Below are positions 47,636 to 60,609 of a stretch of 64,000 nucleotides of DNA, one piece after another. Source of the DNA: Camelus dromedarius (lineage: Eukaryota); contig NC_087437.1 in assembly GCF_036321535.1 (NCBI RefSeq), forward strand, positions 111,974,001 through 112,038,000, given 5' to 3'. The translations under genes and the position numbers were made by a program. The notes beneath the pieces are model-generated. The model did no database searches. It was not told the DNA's origin and saw only the letters and a program-made list of their open reading frames with translations. Position 1 is the stretch's first letter; the number at the start of each line of letters is the position of its first letter.

Positions 47636-50139
47636 TTCTCAGCTATCCCTAAAAGCAAGAGAGGCCTGGGTAATTTAAAGCGCCAGAAAGTCCCAAAACC
47701 AGTTGTCACCATTATCTTTTATTCCATGCTCTTTTATCAGAGTCGTTAACTCAGGGAACTCAGTTGCACCTTCTTTATCCTACTCTTGTTCACGTACAAG
47801 CAGCACACTGGGCAGCCAAGAGGGAAAAGACAACGCGGTGAAGGTTTTGCATCGACATGCGTTGGTCAAAGCTCTCCTCGAGTGCCACATTTCCGAGGAG
47901 GGTTCCGCACTGGGATAGCTCTGATTGTAAGGCACCATGTGATGTAATCGTTTGGGACAAAATACTCTGGTGTCTAAGTTTCATGCAAAGTGATTCTATT
48001 GCAGTAAATTTCCACAAGGCAGGAAAGAAAATCAAAAGAAGCTGGAATGTTGAGTCTTTCAGCAGGAAGTTGAATCCCTGGATAATTTCAGATTAGGCTT
48101 TAGTAGCTACTTCGGGTGGAACAGAGGAGCAGGAATGGAACCCCAAACGGTGTTTTATCTTTTGGGGAATCTGACCGTTAGGACATAAAAGTCTGTAATG
48201 GAGGCAGGTGTGTCAGCAAGATGATGCTTATTCACCAAAAAGCCATTCTGTTTCTTTTATAAGGTGAAATCTGTCTTTACCCCAGAAGGATTGGATCATG
48301 AAGAATTTCAGCTAGCATCTCTTAGGAGAGAGCTGGGCACGTGGTAAGTTCTTAGTAAAAACTAGCTCTTGTTATTACTATGATTATTTTATTATTATTA
48401 CTGTTACCATATAAAACTGAATTTTGTATCATGCAGTGTCTTCTCCAGCACTTGTGAATACTGTCTATCAGGTGCATGCGGAGGCAGGGGGGTGGGGGAA
48501 GCAGATTCCCACGAAGCAATGTTTTTAAAATAACTTTTGCCTGAAGCCTGTCCACACATCAGGAAATGTGGAGGAGTTCAGGGAAAGTCAGAAAGCCTTT
48601 GAAGCACTACCAGGACACGAGATGATTTTCCTACAGCCACAAGACACGTTATTTTCTGTACTGTCTGTTTTCTTGGCAGGCTCTCACCATCTGGGACTGA
48701 CTTTCATCTGCCCAAATGGGGCTGAGATGCGAGTCAGGAAGCACTCAGACCAGCCAGCACCCTGCAAGTGTGGGGCATCCTTAGATCTTCAAGACAACCC
48801 AGAGATCAATTCATCCAGCCTCTCATCTCACCAGAGAGAAGAAATGTGAGTAAGTGTGAGAAAACGAACCTAAGTCATGCTGTTCTCATCCTCTTCTCTG
48901 TGTGTGGTGTGCCCCCACTTCCCACCCCGACTCCATCTTCTGGTATAAGATGAAGAGGTCCAAAGAGCATCCTTTCCTCCTGATATTAATCAGGACTCAG
49001 AGATTCCACCAGCCATTTACTTATTTCTGAGTATAAAGTAGTTTTGACTATGCAATCTTTTTGACTCTTAGAGGAGATTTGTGGTGAGAAACCTGTCTGG
49101 GTAGGGTCTTGTGTAGCCCCAGCGAGAACAATGCAGGAGTCTGAAAAAGTTTTTAGGGAATGAAAGCTGAGAGTCCTGACTAGCTTCCTGACCATTGTCC
49201 AAGGGCATGCAACCTGGGATACAGGGGATGCCAGCTACCCACTCACCCACTGGCCAACCCAAGAAGACCATATCCTGTCTTTTAGGAAAATTCACTATTT
49301 CTGTACCATTCTCCCAACAGCCTGGCTCAAATTATGAATTTTAATTTTCAATGTAATTTATTTATACTGAGTCCCTAAAGCATATACACTACATGTATGT
49401 TTAATTTAGGGCATGTTCGATTTTGTCATACATTTCTAGAATCTTGAAAATTATTGTCAACAATTCTAAAAGATAGCTTATTTTTACCAGTAGACATTCT
49501 CTCATTTGAAAATCAAATAGTACTTTAATGGATCATAAGGAATAAACCCAGTTCCCTGATCCATTTCTTCAATCTTTACTTTCACTCCCCTGCAAGGAAT
49601 TTCAACTATTTGATCTTATTTTCTTTTTTCTGGAATTTACCTCCATACTTCTGGATGGTATGTTTCTAGGGAATTTCCTTGATTATATTTTCTAACACTT
49701 CATTATGTTTTATTTTTTCATTCAGTTATTCTACTTTAATCTTCAAGAACTCTGGTTCTTTGACTGATCCATTTTTATATCTTTCTGTTCTTGTTTCATG
49801 AATGAAAATTTTCTTTTACACTTCTGAAAAAGTCACAGTTTTACCAAACAATGTCTACTCAGTTAGAGAAGTTTATTGAATTGTCTCTATTCCCTCTGGG
49901 TTCGTCTCAGTTCATTTTTGTCATCTTTCCCATGCTTTCCTCAGATTTAGGTACTCAGAGGGAGGTGCTAAGCAGCTCACTGGACTTCTGGGTCCATGAT
50001 GAGGTGGAGACCAGATTTTACATCAAAAGCAGTTGTTAAAGCTTTCCAGCACCTGACAAAGTTGCATCCTTATTTCCTTGTTGTGCATCTCCTCCTGGTC
50101 TTGTGCAAGTGCCATGAAAACCAAGGTTGGTTAATGTGT

Positions 50140-50400
50140 TAACTACTGTTTCAGCACCTAGGACAGTGCCTGGCACATAATAAATGCTCAAAAAGTACTT
50201 GTTAGATGAATGAAGAAATGTGAAAAAAATGCCATACGGAGCACGAAATGCATGTGAGTTTAGGAGAGGGAGAAATTCACTTTGCCCTAGAGCATCCGAG
50301 AGGCTGTTTGGTGGACAGGGGATTTGACTGGAAACCTGAAGAATGGGTAGGTCATTGTCAGGCAGAGATAAGAGGGGACGAGGAGAGAAAACAATCTGAA
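50140..50400. mobile_element. L2 fragments
   Basis: 'cagcacctaggacagtgcctggcacataataaatgctcaaaaagtacttgttagatgaatgaa' is the L2 3' terminus. Confidence 0.75.
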
Positions 50401-51744
50401 AAGAGGCACAGAGCACCTGACCTCCCAGGGCCTTAAAGACCCTTCATTCAGGGCTCTTCAAACTGGGCATCACTGACCATTCAGAGACCATGAAATCAGT
50501 TTAATGGGTCTTGACTAGTATTTTTAAAAATGAAAATAGCAGACTGCATTATAGGTTGCTAGGTGAGGGTGGTTTTTATTTCTATTTATTTATTTTTATT
50601 TTATTTTCATGTAAATTTATTTCAGGAGCGAATGGGTATATGTGTGAATATAAATCTAATCTAATCTAAAACTTATATCAAAAAAGTCCAAAAAACACTG
50701 TTCTAGAATGGACCTCCCTCCAAATCTAGGATCTTCTACCCTTCAAGATGTACAATCCTGCCACTTAGTCACCCGCCTCCTCTTCTCCAGGACTGTTGAT
50801 GAGCACTCACTACCTCCCAGGGAGCCTGTTGGATTATTGTGCAGCACCAGGTGCTAGATTCGGCCCTGTGTCCTTTTGTTCACTCCAAGAAATTATATAA
50901 ATCAGTCCACCGTGTCTTTTTTTACTTTGAAAATTTTAAAGACACAGAAAAGTACACAGAATAACATGTAATCATCCAGAATTCACAACATTTAACATAT
51001 TTTCAATTTATTTTCAGTATTTGTTTTTTAAAGGGAGACCCTTTTCTCGCTACCCACCCCCATCCATTCCTCTCCCCACTCCCATGTTGGTTGGTATCTT
51101 CTTGTCCAGTTTTAATACTTCCATATGCAGCCAGGAACAACCTGAGGTATTATGATTTGGTTTTGGGATTTGAGTTTATATCAGTGTGTCAATGTATCAG
51201 TCTGAATCTTGCTTTCTTCACTGAGACTTGCAGTTTTGCAAAAGGGGCAGTTCTCAATCCAAAGGGATTGCACCCAGATTTCAAGAACATCATTGTCTGC
51301 CCACAGAGTCTGTTTAAGGGACAATCTTCTGTTTCTGAAGCTTGCAGATGAAGCATCTGCTGTCCTGCACAGAATAAGATTTCCTTCTTCTTTTCTGGAA
51401 TTTCAAGGTTGCTCCCAGTAACCCAGGCAGGGAAGGGAACAGTTGAATTGCACTTGACATGCTCCAAGGGAACAGGGAATCCTCCCAGCCTGGGGTTTTG
51501 CACAGCCTTAGTCCTCACTGTGAGCACCTCAGTGGGAAAATTGGGTCTGGCCCTGAAAGGCTGAAGGCCAGTTCTGGCAAAAGAGGAAGGATAGATAAAG
51601 GATGTGATATTGTAAGTCTGACTTCTTTCACAGCCTAGACTGAGAACATTCCTATGATGCCAAACACCTCTGCCCAGGTGTTTTCCAGGCACTCTTTTAT
51701 TCATGCAGCCAACATCTGTTGAGCACCTACTATGTGCTCTGAAG

Positions 51745-51945
51745 CAGTGTAGCCCAGTGGTTAAGGGAATGGGATCTAACATCAAGACCTGAATTCTAGC
51801 TCCAGCTGTGTGTCTTTGGGCAAGTTACTTACCTCTCTGAGCCTCAGTTCCTTTACCTCTACAAGGAGAGTTATCATAGTTTCTACTTATCAGATTGCTT
51901 TAAAGATTAAATGAGTTGATGCATGTAAAGTGCTGGGCAGAGAGT
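51745..51945 (+). mobile_element. MIR SINE
   Basis: 'gcagtgtagcccagtggttaag...ttgggcaagttacttacctctctgagcctcagtt'. Confidence 0.85.
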
Positions 51946-53584
51946 AAGAATTACTATTCTTAACTTACTATTAGTTGTTTTGTTTTACTGTAATTGCTCT
52001 TAATCAGCATTTCACTAGGCTATGGAGACACAGAGATGAATGAAACTTGGTCCCGCCCTCGAAGCTTCATGGTTTAGTAGGCTGCTTCTAGAGTCCTCTT
52101 TCTTCCCCAAATGCTCATGAAATTTAAAAAAAAAAAGCAGAAAGTATAAATTACCTCCATAGGCCATCAAAATGATGCTTGAAGGTTTTTCTAGGGGATG
52201 GGGAGCAGGGGTAAGGGAGCAAGGACTCACATTAAATTGGCTGACCATCACTTTGGGAGAAGGCAAGGACCATCAGATATAGAGGAAAACAGCAAGTCTA
52301 CAGCCTCATCCTCAGGGGCTCTGGCTGCACTGGGGCTATAAATAGCAGAGACTTGCTCAGGATTAAGACAGCGTTTCAACCACAAATCTGGAAAGTTGTG
52401 ATTTTCCTTAATAACAAACTCTATTGCTCCTGGTAGGAAAAGAGAAAAAAGACATTGTAACCTTCTCATACATTTGATTAGAACTTTGGCAAAGTTGAGA
52501 AGAACACTTTATTTTCTCCGGACCCCTTCTTGTTCCCACCTTGAACCTTGTCTAAATACTGCTTTATTACTTCTTTAAAAGGATATTTTCAAAGATAGAA
52601 TTGCTAAATGACTTTAAGACTTACTAAAAAGTCCATTTTCTTGGTTGTTCAATACTCTTTGTTGGTTGTGATAATACATTTTTTAAATGCAGCCCATTTC
52701 ATTTGCATCCACACCCAGGCTCAAAGTCTATGGCTTCATTCATCAAGGAAGGCAGCACAGAAAGCCCCAGACGAGGAGAATAGCAACGCATCATTGATAA
52801 TTAATAGCTACAGAAATAAGATGTATAATATTGTGTCTTGTTGACGAGTTTTATATTTAATTTTACAACTTACTATTTTTAATAGATCTGTGCCAGAATT
52901 TGCCGGCTGAGAGGTCTGCTTTGTAAATAAAATGGGCCCCTATATATTATGTCAATGGTAGAGAAACCAAATCAAAAACAAAAAAAGATTTGGGGCAGGG
53001 GAAAACATCCTCCCCAAATTTTGAATCAAATCTTTGCCCTGGATCCCAGCTCCACTCAGTTTTCTTGGCAGTTTTTATGAGCAGACAGACTCTTTCTTGG
53101 GAAGGTACCAGGAGGGGAGAGAATCTTTGAATGACACCCATGGGTCACTTTTAGATGGGATCAGAACCCAGGCACAGGAGAGAGGGAGAGAGCCAAACGA
53201 GCTGGGCTATTCTGATGGAAATAGCCACTAAATTCTTGTTCCCACTGTTATTTTTACTTAAAATGTTTCTACTTCTGAAAAAAAAAAAAGACTTTTAAAA
53301 ATCATTAAGCTGGAAAATAGACAGCCTTGGAGTGGGGGGAGTCCCCCATTATAGCCCATTACTGCACAACCACTGTAATGTGTCTGTATTCCCTTTAAGT
53401 TACTGACCCATATGAATTTATAACTTTCCAGTTACAATTATACTGTGCATAACAGCTTGTGATCTACTTTTCCCTTGAACACTACCAGGTGGCGACAGAG
53501 TCTTCCAAATAATTATTTTAATGGGTGTGTAATATTTTATTGAGTAGATATATCATCAATTAACCATTTCCCCATTGATGGGCC

Positions 53585-54680
53585 ACATAAAGAGGAAAAA
53601 ATAATTTCCTTCTACCTTTCTGCATTGTTAGTTGAGGTTTCTGTAATAAAAGATAGATTACCAAGAGCAAAACAAGCAGAAGTTTATTAATGTGTCTACC
53701 TTATAAAAGAGAGCTACCCAGGGAAAAACGAGTAACTCCCAAGGTGGCTTAGAATTCAGGATTAAATGCCATCTCAGTAAGGAAATGGGGAGGGGGAGGG
53801 AGGCCTCTTGAGGGAGAGTAAATGATTTTTAGGAAAGATGAAGGAGCCCTTGGAATACTAGATGGAAGGTCTGGTATTTGTGACAAAGTGTGTCTGGTGT
53901 GGTCCTGACTTCCAGTCTCCTCTCCTGTGATGAGTCAGTCTTCCCTGGTTGATGACACTGCACAGGAAGAGATTTGTGATATTTGTGTTCTTTTAGAGGC
54001 TCTGTCTGGATAAAAATGAGTTCAGAGAAGGCCTCTTCCTGCATTTGCTGTTTTTCAAGTGTCTATTAAACCAAGTCCCCCTCAAGCCAATTTCCCTTAC
54101 CCAGTTTATGATGAATCTCTGTCCAAAATTTACTTCCCTTTCTTGTCCCCTCTGAGCTCAATTCTGTGCTAACTGAATGCTAATCAACCAGGGTCAGATA
54201 ACTAAAATTGCTGTTGTCCATAACATTGTTAATGTACTAGATTTGCTAGTGTAGACATCATCATTACCATACAAAGTGAGGTCCTTTCTCCAGGGCAAGA
54301 TGAGCTCACAGACCACTGAGCTATGGGTCACCTGACCTGAGAATCATAAACCAGAGACATCCTGACTCCCAAACTACAACTTAAAAATGTCACAAGACAA
54401 TGATTAAGCTCAGCCTCTTCGTTCTTCCCCCTTAAGAAAAAAAGCCCTCTTAACTCAAAGACTAAGTGGGAGCGAATGTGAGGCCTGTCTCCCACTCCTT
54501 TGCTTGGTGCCCTGCAATAAACGCTTTACTTTCCTTCACCACAACACCAGGCCAGTACATTGACTTTGCTGCATGTCAGGTGAGCAAAACAGAGTTTGGT
54601 TCAGTAACACATACAGCTCAAAAAAATCAATATGCCAAAGTGGCACAGTTTTGGGTGGCATGTCCTGAACTCCTAGGCAC
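53585..54680 (-). mobile_element. ERV1-like LTR interrupted by a second LTR
   Basis: 'aaagatagattaccaagagcaaaacaagcagaagtttattaa...tttttcaagtg' resumes at 'cagctcaaaaaaatcaatatgccaaagtggc' after the insert. Confidence 0.65.
54064..54609 (+). mobile_element. Nested solo LTR, opposite orientation
   Basis: Starts ta/tg-ttaaacc and ends gtaaca; AATAAA at ~54516 followed by a U5-like segment. Confidence 0.6.
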
Positions 54681-56123
54681 GTTTTGGGGTAGCACATTCT
54701 ACTACCATTCAGCACTGAGATTGTGTCCAATGTTCCCCCATTAGAAATAAATATACTGAAGATTTTATATATACACACACATATATACATAACATATGTG
54801 TATATACATGTATTTGCATATATTTACATAAATATATATAAACTTTTTAAAAGATAGAAAATTTCTTAGTTTTCAGTAGTCATCCTTTCATGATTAGCTC
54901 TTATATGGATTTGCTCATTTAATCTTGACAATAGCCTAAAAGATAGGCGTAACTAGTATCCTCTTTTCACAGTAAAGATGACTGAGGCCCAGAGAGTTTA
55001 AGTAACTCACTAACGGTAAATAACAGCAGAGGTGTTTCACTTTACTAAGTCTGACTCCTGGGCCCTTCCTCCTAGATCACAGCACTAGGCTGCCGCTCAT
55101 TCTCCATTATGTGAAATTCTGTATTAAATAATGCAGTCAAGTAAAAACGTGCCAGAGAACTCCCACCTTCCTCCTGTCTTCTCTATACACACATACAATG
55201 TTAATCCTGACCCTCCTGAATTTCCTTCCTATGAACGGACTGTGACAGAACTCTAAAATCAGCAGAATGTGAGGCAGGGAGGAGGGGGAGGGAGCCTGAT
55301 CTGTATTTTCATTTTTGTTCAACTCTGTGAATGAGGAGTCCCCATTTTCCCATCCTGGTCACGGAGGAGTCCCGGATTGTCCCTGAGTAGAAGAAGGGAG
55401 AGATTTATGGACTGAATCCTGGTCCAAGTCAGAAAGAAAAGTATTCTTTAGAAAGACATCTTCTGATGATTATTTTGAGAGCCTTTCTGGTAATCCCCAG
55501 CAAATCTGCATGTTAATAGGAATCATTTACTCAAAGCAGGGGTCCAAGAAAATAGCTTTACATAATAACAGTAGCTTGATTTGATTACTTCAATTTGGTT
55601 CTTGCTATTGAATTAAAGGTAAAGCCAAGCTTTTGGAAGTTTTACAGGACGATAAACAAAGCGGGAATAGTAAATTAAGACTAACTCTGGTTTCAACCTG
55701 CTCATCTTTATTACTTCTAATGAGCAGGGAGATGTAAACAGGATAGAGGAATAAAAACCATTGATAATCTCCTTAGCATTCTGGATAATTTATTGGTTTC
55801 TTTCCCACATTGAGGGCACTAAGCCTGCCTAATATTCGTTAAGGCTCCTTGGCAGCTTCTTCATAAAAGAAGCAATTTTCTTTCTTATAAGCCCGATGTA
55901 GTTTTGTTCACTTGCTCCCCAAAATGCTGATAGACATTTCTGATTGCACTTGGCCATTTTGAGTTACAGCAATATTTTTTTTAAAATAAAATTAAGTTAT
56001 ATCTACAGAAGAGTTGCAAAAATAGTACACAGTTCCTGTAAGCCTTTCACTCAGCCCCCCTTTTCTTACATAACCTTACAGCATCAATCAAAATTAAGAA
56101 ACTAACCTCTACATGATACTGTT

Positions 56124-56565
56124 TGTTGCCAGAGAATAGGGTTCTTGCTTCACACAGGAAAGAATTTAAGAGCGAGGCTTAGTAAAGTGAAAGCAAGTTT
56201 ATTTAGAGAGATACACACTCATGGACCGAGTGCAAGCCATCTCCGAAGGCAAGAAAGAGAACGACCGCGAGGTGCAGAGTTGTTAGTTTTTATGGGCTCC
56301 ATAATGTCGTATGCTAACAAGTGGGAGGATTATTCCAGCTCTGTCGGAGAAGGAGCAGAGCTTTCCAGGAACTGGGCTCCCACCCATTTTTGGACCTTTT
56401 CTGGTCAGCTTAGGAAATGTCATGGCACCTGTGGGTGTGCCATGAGGCTCAAGGTCTACTGGAAGTCAATGCTTGTGCCATCTTGGTTCTAACCAGTTTG
56501 TCCTGTCCTCAGCGGCTGTGTCATCACTTCAGTGGTTGTGCCCTGCTCCCTTTCTTCCAGTCTCA
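56124..56565 (-). mobile_element. Solo LTR, probably ERV1 class
   Basis: TG...CA ends; 4-bp TSD tgtt/tatt; reversed polyA signal 'tttatt' near the left end. Confidence 0.7.
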
Positions 56566-56787
56566 TATTCACTAAAGTACGGAACTTACCACTTGTCATC
56601 AGTGTTCCACCAATGTCCTTCTGCTGGTCCAGGGTCTGATCCAGGGCACCAGATTGCATCAAGTCATCACATCTTCTTAGCCTTCTTAGCCTCCTCCAGT
56701 CGATGAGAGTTGCATAGTCTTTCCTTGATTCTATGACCTTGACACTTTTTTGAAGAGTACTGGTCAGGTACTTTGTAGGATGCCCCC

Positions 56788-57119
56788 TGTCTTTGCTCGG
56801 GCTGCTCTAACAAAGCACCATAGACAGGGAGGCTTACACAATCAACATTTATTTCTCACAGTTCTGGAGGCTGGAAGTTTTTGGTGAGGACCCATTTTCT
56901 GGTTTACAGACACCCACCTTCCTCTTGTATCTTCATATGTGGAGAGAGAACATCGCTTTCATATCTTGTCTTGTAAGGACACTAATCTCATTCATGAGGG
57001 TACAACCCTCATGACCTAATCACCATCCAAAGGCCCCATTTCCAAATACCATCACACTGGGGACTAAGGTTTCAACAAAGGGCTTCAGCCAGGGGGACAC
57101 AAACACTCAATCCATGGCA
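56788..57119 (-). mobile_element. MLT1A/MST-like MaLR LTR
   Basis: 'gggctgctctaacaaagcaccatagac...tttatttctcacagttctggaggctggaag...ccctcatgacctaatcacc'. Confidence 0.85.
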
Positions 57120-58974
57120 TGCCTCCATTTGGGTTTGTCTGATGTGTTCTCATGATTAGACTGGGGTTCTGCATCACTGGGAGAGAAACCAGAGGTTTCA
57201 GTCCTCAGCTCGGCATGTCTACCCTGACCACTTGGCTAAGGTGTTATCTGCCAGGTTCTCCACTGTAAACTTACTATTTTTCCCTGTGTGATTATTGAAT
57301 ACTTTGAGACTATGTAAATACTCCATTTCTGCTTAAGCACTCAGAGCAGTGCTTTTTGTCCTCCAAAGCAATAGTTTAACCTCAGCTAAATGCCAAGATG
57401 ATATTAATGGGGGCTTTGAAGTTTGTGGAGGGCGCAGGAGCCTCATAGCCATTCACTTCTCCTGGAAATCCAATGTGCCAGGAAAGAGCTGATAGAGCTG
57501 ATTTCTTCCACCAGCTGTCTGACAGCTGGACACTGCAGCTTGGGGTTTTCAGAGCCAGAAGTGGAACCTTGCTTCATACTTTAGTGTGACTTAGTTTTCT
57601 CCCAAGAATCACAGCCATATTCCATGTGACTTAAGAATAACAGACCATTGCGGGCGGATGAAAGGACACCGGCCTAAGTAATGAAATAAACCGTGTTCTG
57701 AGATTGACTGATTAATGCTGCCCCTTGTAAGTCACAGGTACTGACGTCTACAGATGTTGCCGAAGAATTTAATTACAAACTGGATCTGCCTCTCAGGAAA
57801 CGGTGATTGGGGATTTCTCCTCCCTAAGGATATTTTTCTCCTTTTTTGTTGCCTTTTAAAGAAACAAGTAGATTTTCAATGGATTAGAATTAGAAATGAA
57901 GGATGAGGAAAACGAAACCAAATGGAGAAGAAGTGAGACCCAGTGCCCCATGGATATCCAGCTGTGGCCAGGGGTGCCGGGCCTGGGAAGCGCCTTGTCT
58001 GAGATCCACATAAAGAGAGAAGGAAATAAAGAAAGATGCCTTTTCTCTTTCTCCCTCATTTTTGTTTCTATTTTGGAACAATAAAATTATCTTTCTCAGG
58101 GTTCTGCAAAAGGAGAATATTATTAATATCTTTTGTTTAGCCTCAGAATTGATTCTTGCAGCTCTATTTATATGGTCATGTCCTTATTTACCAGGGCTAC
58201 CCAAGTAGAATCTAATGATGTGGTGAAAAAGGAAGAAGAGGAGGAAAAAAAGAGGAAGAAGAGGAGGACCCAATCTAGAAAAATGAGCAGATATTTGTAT
58301 AGAAAGCAGCGATATATACCTATATACATGTATGTACACATATCACATACATCATATATATGTCATATATATATATGCACATCATTGTCTTGCTAAAACT
58401 TCTTTATGCTCTCTCTCTGGTATCTGCCTTTTACTTGTACCAGACCAGCGATACCACATGTCAAGTATCTGTTTCTCTATTCAGAAATAAAACATGCAAA
58501 CCAGAAGGTGGGTCAGGCCCACAGTACTAAACAATTGTGCTTAGCTGACCATACTGACCTGTAATTAGCCTTCACAACCTGCAAGGATCTGAGCCAAAGG
58601 GTCCAGTTACGACCTCCCAGCCAATCCATGGAGGTGGGTAGCTAAATATTCAACATCTATGTGTTCTCTTCACGGTTAAGATCTCACATTATACCGAAGT
58701 CTTGATTAGGGGCTCAATAAATGTTGCTGGTTTTGAGTAAATAAAAGGTATTTATTTCCCTCTGAAAATATGAAAGGATAGGTCCAGGTGCTATAAGAAA
58801 GAATCGTTGATAAGGAAAGAGGGCAGCATAAAACAGAAAACAAACAAGCAAACAAACAAACAGAAAAACGATTCCAAAAAACAAAAATCAGTCTCTTCAT
58901 GTATGTACAAATAAGCTTAAAATTCTAACGAAAAGCCATCAGGAAAAGTAGAATCTGTATTTATAAAACTCTGA

Positions 58975-59259
58975 TTATGGTTACCAGAGGTGTAAGGGGG
59001 TCAGGAGGGGTAAACTGGGAGTTCGAGATTTGTTGATGCTAACTATTACATATAAAATAGATAAACAAGTTTCTACTGTAGAGCACAGGGAACTATATTC
59101 AATATCTTGTAGTAAACTATAATGAAAAAGAATATGAAATGGAATATATGTATGTATAAGTATGACTGAAGCATTATGCTGTACACCAGAAATTGACACA
59201 ACATTGTAAAGTGACTATACTTCAATTTTAAAAAAAGAAGATCGAAAAAAAAAAAAAAA
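58975..59259 (+). mobile_element. Truncated artiodactyl/camelid L1 3' end
   Basis: 'tatggttaccaga...gcacagggaactatattcaatatcttgta...gctgtacaccagaaattgacacaacattgtaaa' followed by polyA. Confidence 0.92.
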
Positions 59260-60435
59260 GGCAGGGACATGTACAAGCATTTTAAATTAGTTTTTTGCCT
59301 AAAATTGTTAGTTTTACAACAAATTTTGCCGCCATATGAAATAAGTGTTAGTAATTTGAAACGTAATTAACATGAAACCCCTTTTGCTTTTTCATGCCTG
59401 ATACTCAGGTGTTACTTGCAGTCTTCCACAAAGTCCATGTGAGTATCCCCACTGACGGAAAGGCAGCGGGCCCTCTCTACTCAGTGGAGCAAAGTTTTCT
59501 CTGCAGATAGGCTGGCTGGGAACACGCTGCTTAGAAGAGGCTCCCAGCAGCATCTGGCCCCATCCCTCATCTCACACACATCTGTGACCCCCCACCCCTT
59601 GGCAGGCACCGACACAGACGTCTCCACAGCAGCTGGTGGGCTGGACCCGATCGGCCAGCGTGGAGCAAACAGGACGCGTGATTGATGAGGACCCTCAGAG
59701 AACAGGCCCTGGGTCTGGGAGGCAAGCGGCTCCTTGCACAGAGCAAAGGAGAAGGGCGACCCACCAGTCTGGGGGCAAGAAGCCATATCCCACCAACATG
59801 CGACGCCTTTTCTTTCCCTGCACAGCCCTGCTATTGTCTGTGTTATAAAGCTCTCAGTGTCCTCCGCTGCAACATACAAGGCCCAGTCCTGTCCTCTGTG
59901 AGCAACTCAGATATTAATTTTGAGAGCAGTGGGCGTCGTTCACCCACAGACTCTGAACAGATTCCCCATTCAATGTGCAGAGGATGGAACAGAAAACGTT
60001 GATTCTTTTTCTGTGTTTGTTTTAAATTTGGTGGCTGGTCCTCCTTGCTCTTAAAGAAAGCTGGTTTGGGAATATTGAAAAACCAGACCCCCAGTCCCTC
60101 TCCTGGGTAAAGGCAGCACAGTCCGAGAAGTCGTATATGTCCAGCTGCCAGGATGCGTCCCTGGCTGGGAGTAGAAGCAGCAAGCTGGAGGGGACAGGGC
60201 TGTCACTCCCTTTACCTGGGTTTAAGGTCCTTCAATATCAAGATGAGCTATTTTACCCATAGGCCAACCCTATTTTGTTCTGATTGAAGTCTCTTTGTTA
60301 ATGATTTAATTCAAAAGTGGGAACTCAAGTTACTTGACAAGGGATGAAGATTAACAGGTAAATGGGGTAATAGAAACACTTAATACTGTAGCAATGCTTT
60401 AGAAGGTCTCTCCCAAATTAAAGCTAACATTTGTA

Positions 60436-60591
60436 GGGGGAGGGTATAGCTCAAGTGGTAGACAGCATGCTTAGCATGCATGAGGTCCAGGGTTCAATCC
60501 CCAGTACCTCTTCTAAAATAGATAAATAAACCTAATTACCTCCCTCCTCCGCCAAAAAAAAAAATTGAAATTAATAAATTTTTTTAAAAAA
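60436..60591 (+). mobile_element. vic-1-like SINE, full length
   Basis: GGGGAGGGTATAGCTCAAGTGGTAGA (A box) ... GGGTTCAATCCCC (B box), A-rich tail, TSD ctaacatttgt (60424-60434 / 60592-60602). Confidence 0.94.
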
Positions 60592-60609
60592 CTAACATTT
60601 GTTGTTAGA

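Larger units (their letters stand above)
55975..57330 (-). mobile_element. L1MC/MD-like 3'UTR interrupted by two LTRs
   Basis: 'tacagaagagttgcaaaaatagtaca', 'atgaccttgacacttttttgaagagtactggtcagg' and 'gccaggttctccactgtaaa'. Confidence 0.75.

Noticed and set aside
51189..51785. 198-aa minus-strand ORF (longest in the track)
   Set aside because: Begins within MIR/L2 sequence with a non-ATG start and shows no domain similarity I can recognise.
6535..53500. Weaker CTCF-like motifs (~6536 +, ~6840 -, ~42838 -, ~53483 +) and a uniformly oriented CTCF array
   Set aside because: Each has several mismatches and they occur on both strands, so no orientation pattern can be claimed without a PWM scan or ChIP data.
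59228..59260. Double A-tail (A7-GAAGATCG-A15) as another 3' transduction
   Set aside because: The spacer is only 8 nt and I could not find a TSD, so it cannot be distinguished from polyA decay.
60436..60510. tRNA gene
   Set aside because: A and B boxes are present, but they are followed by a SINE body, A-rich tail and TSD; this is a tRNA-derived SINE.
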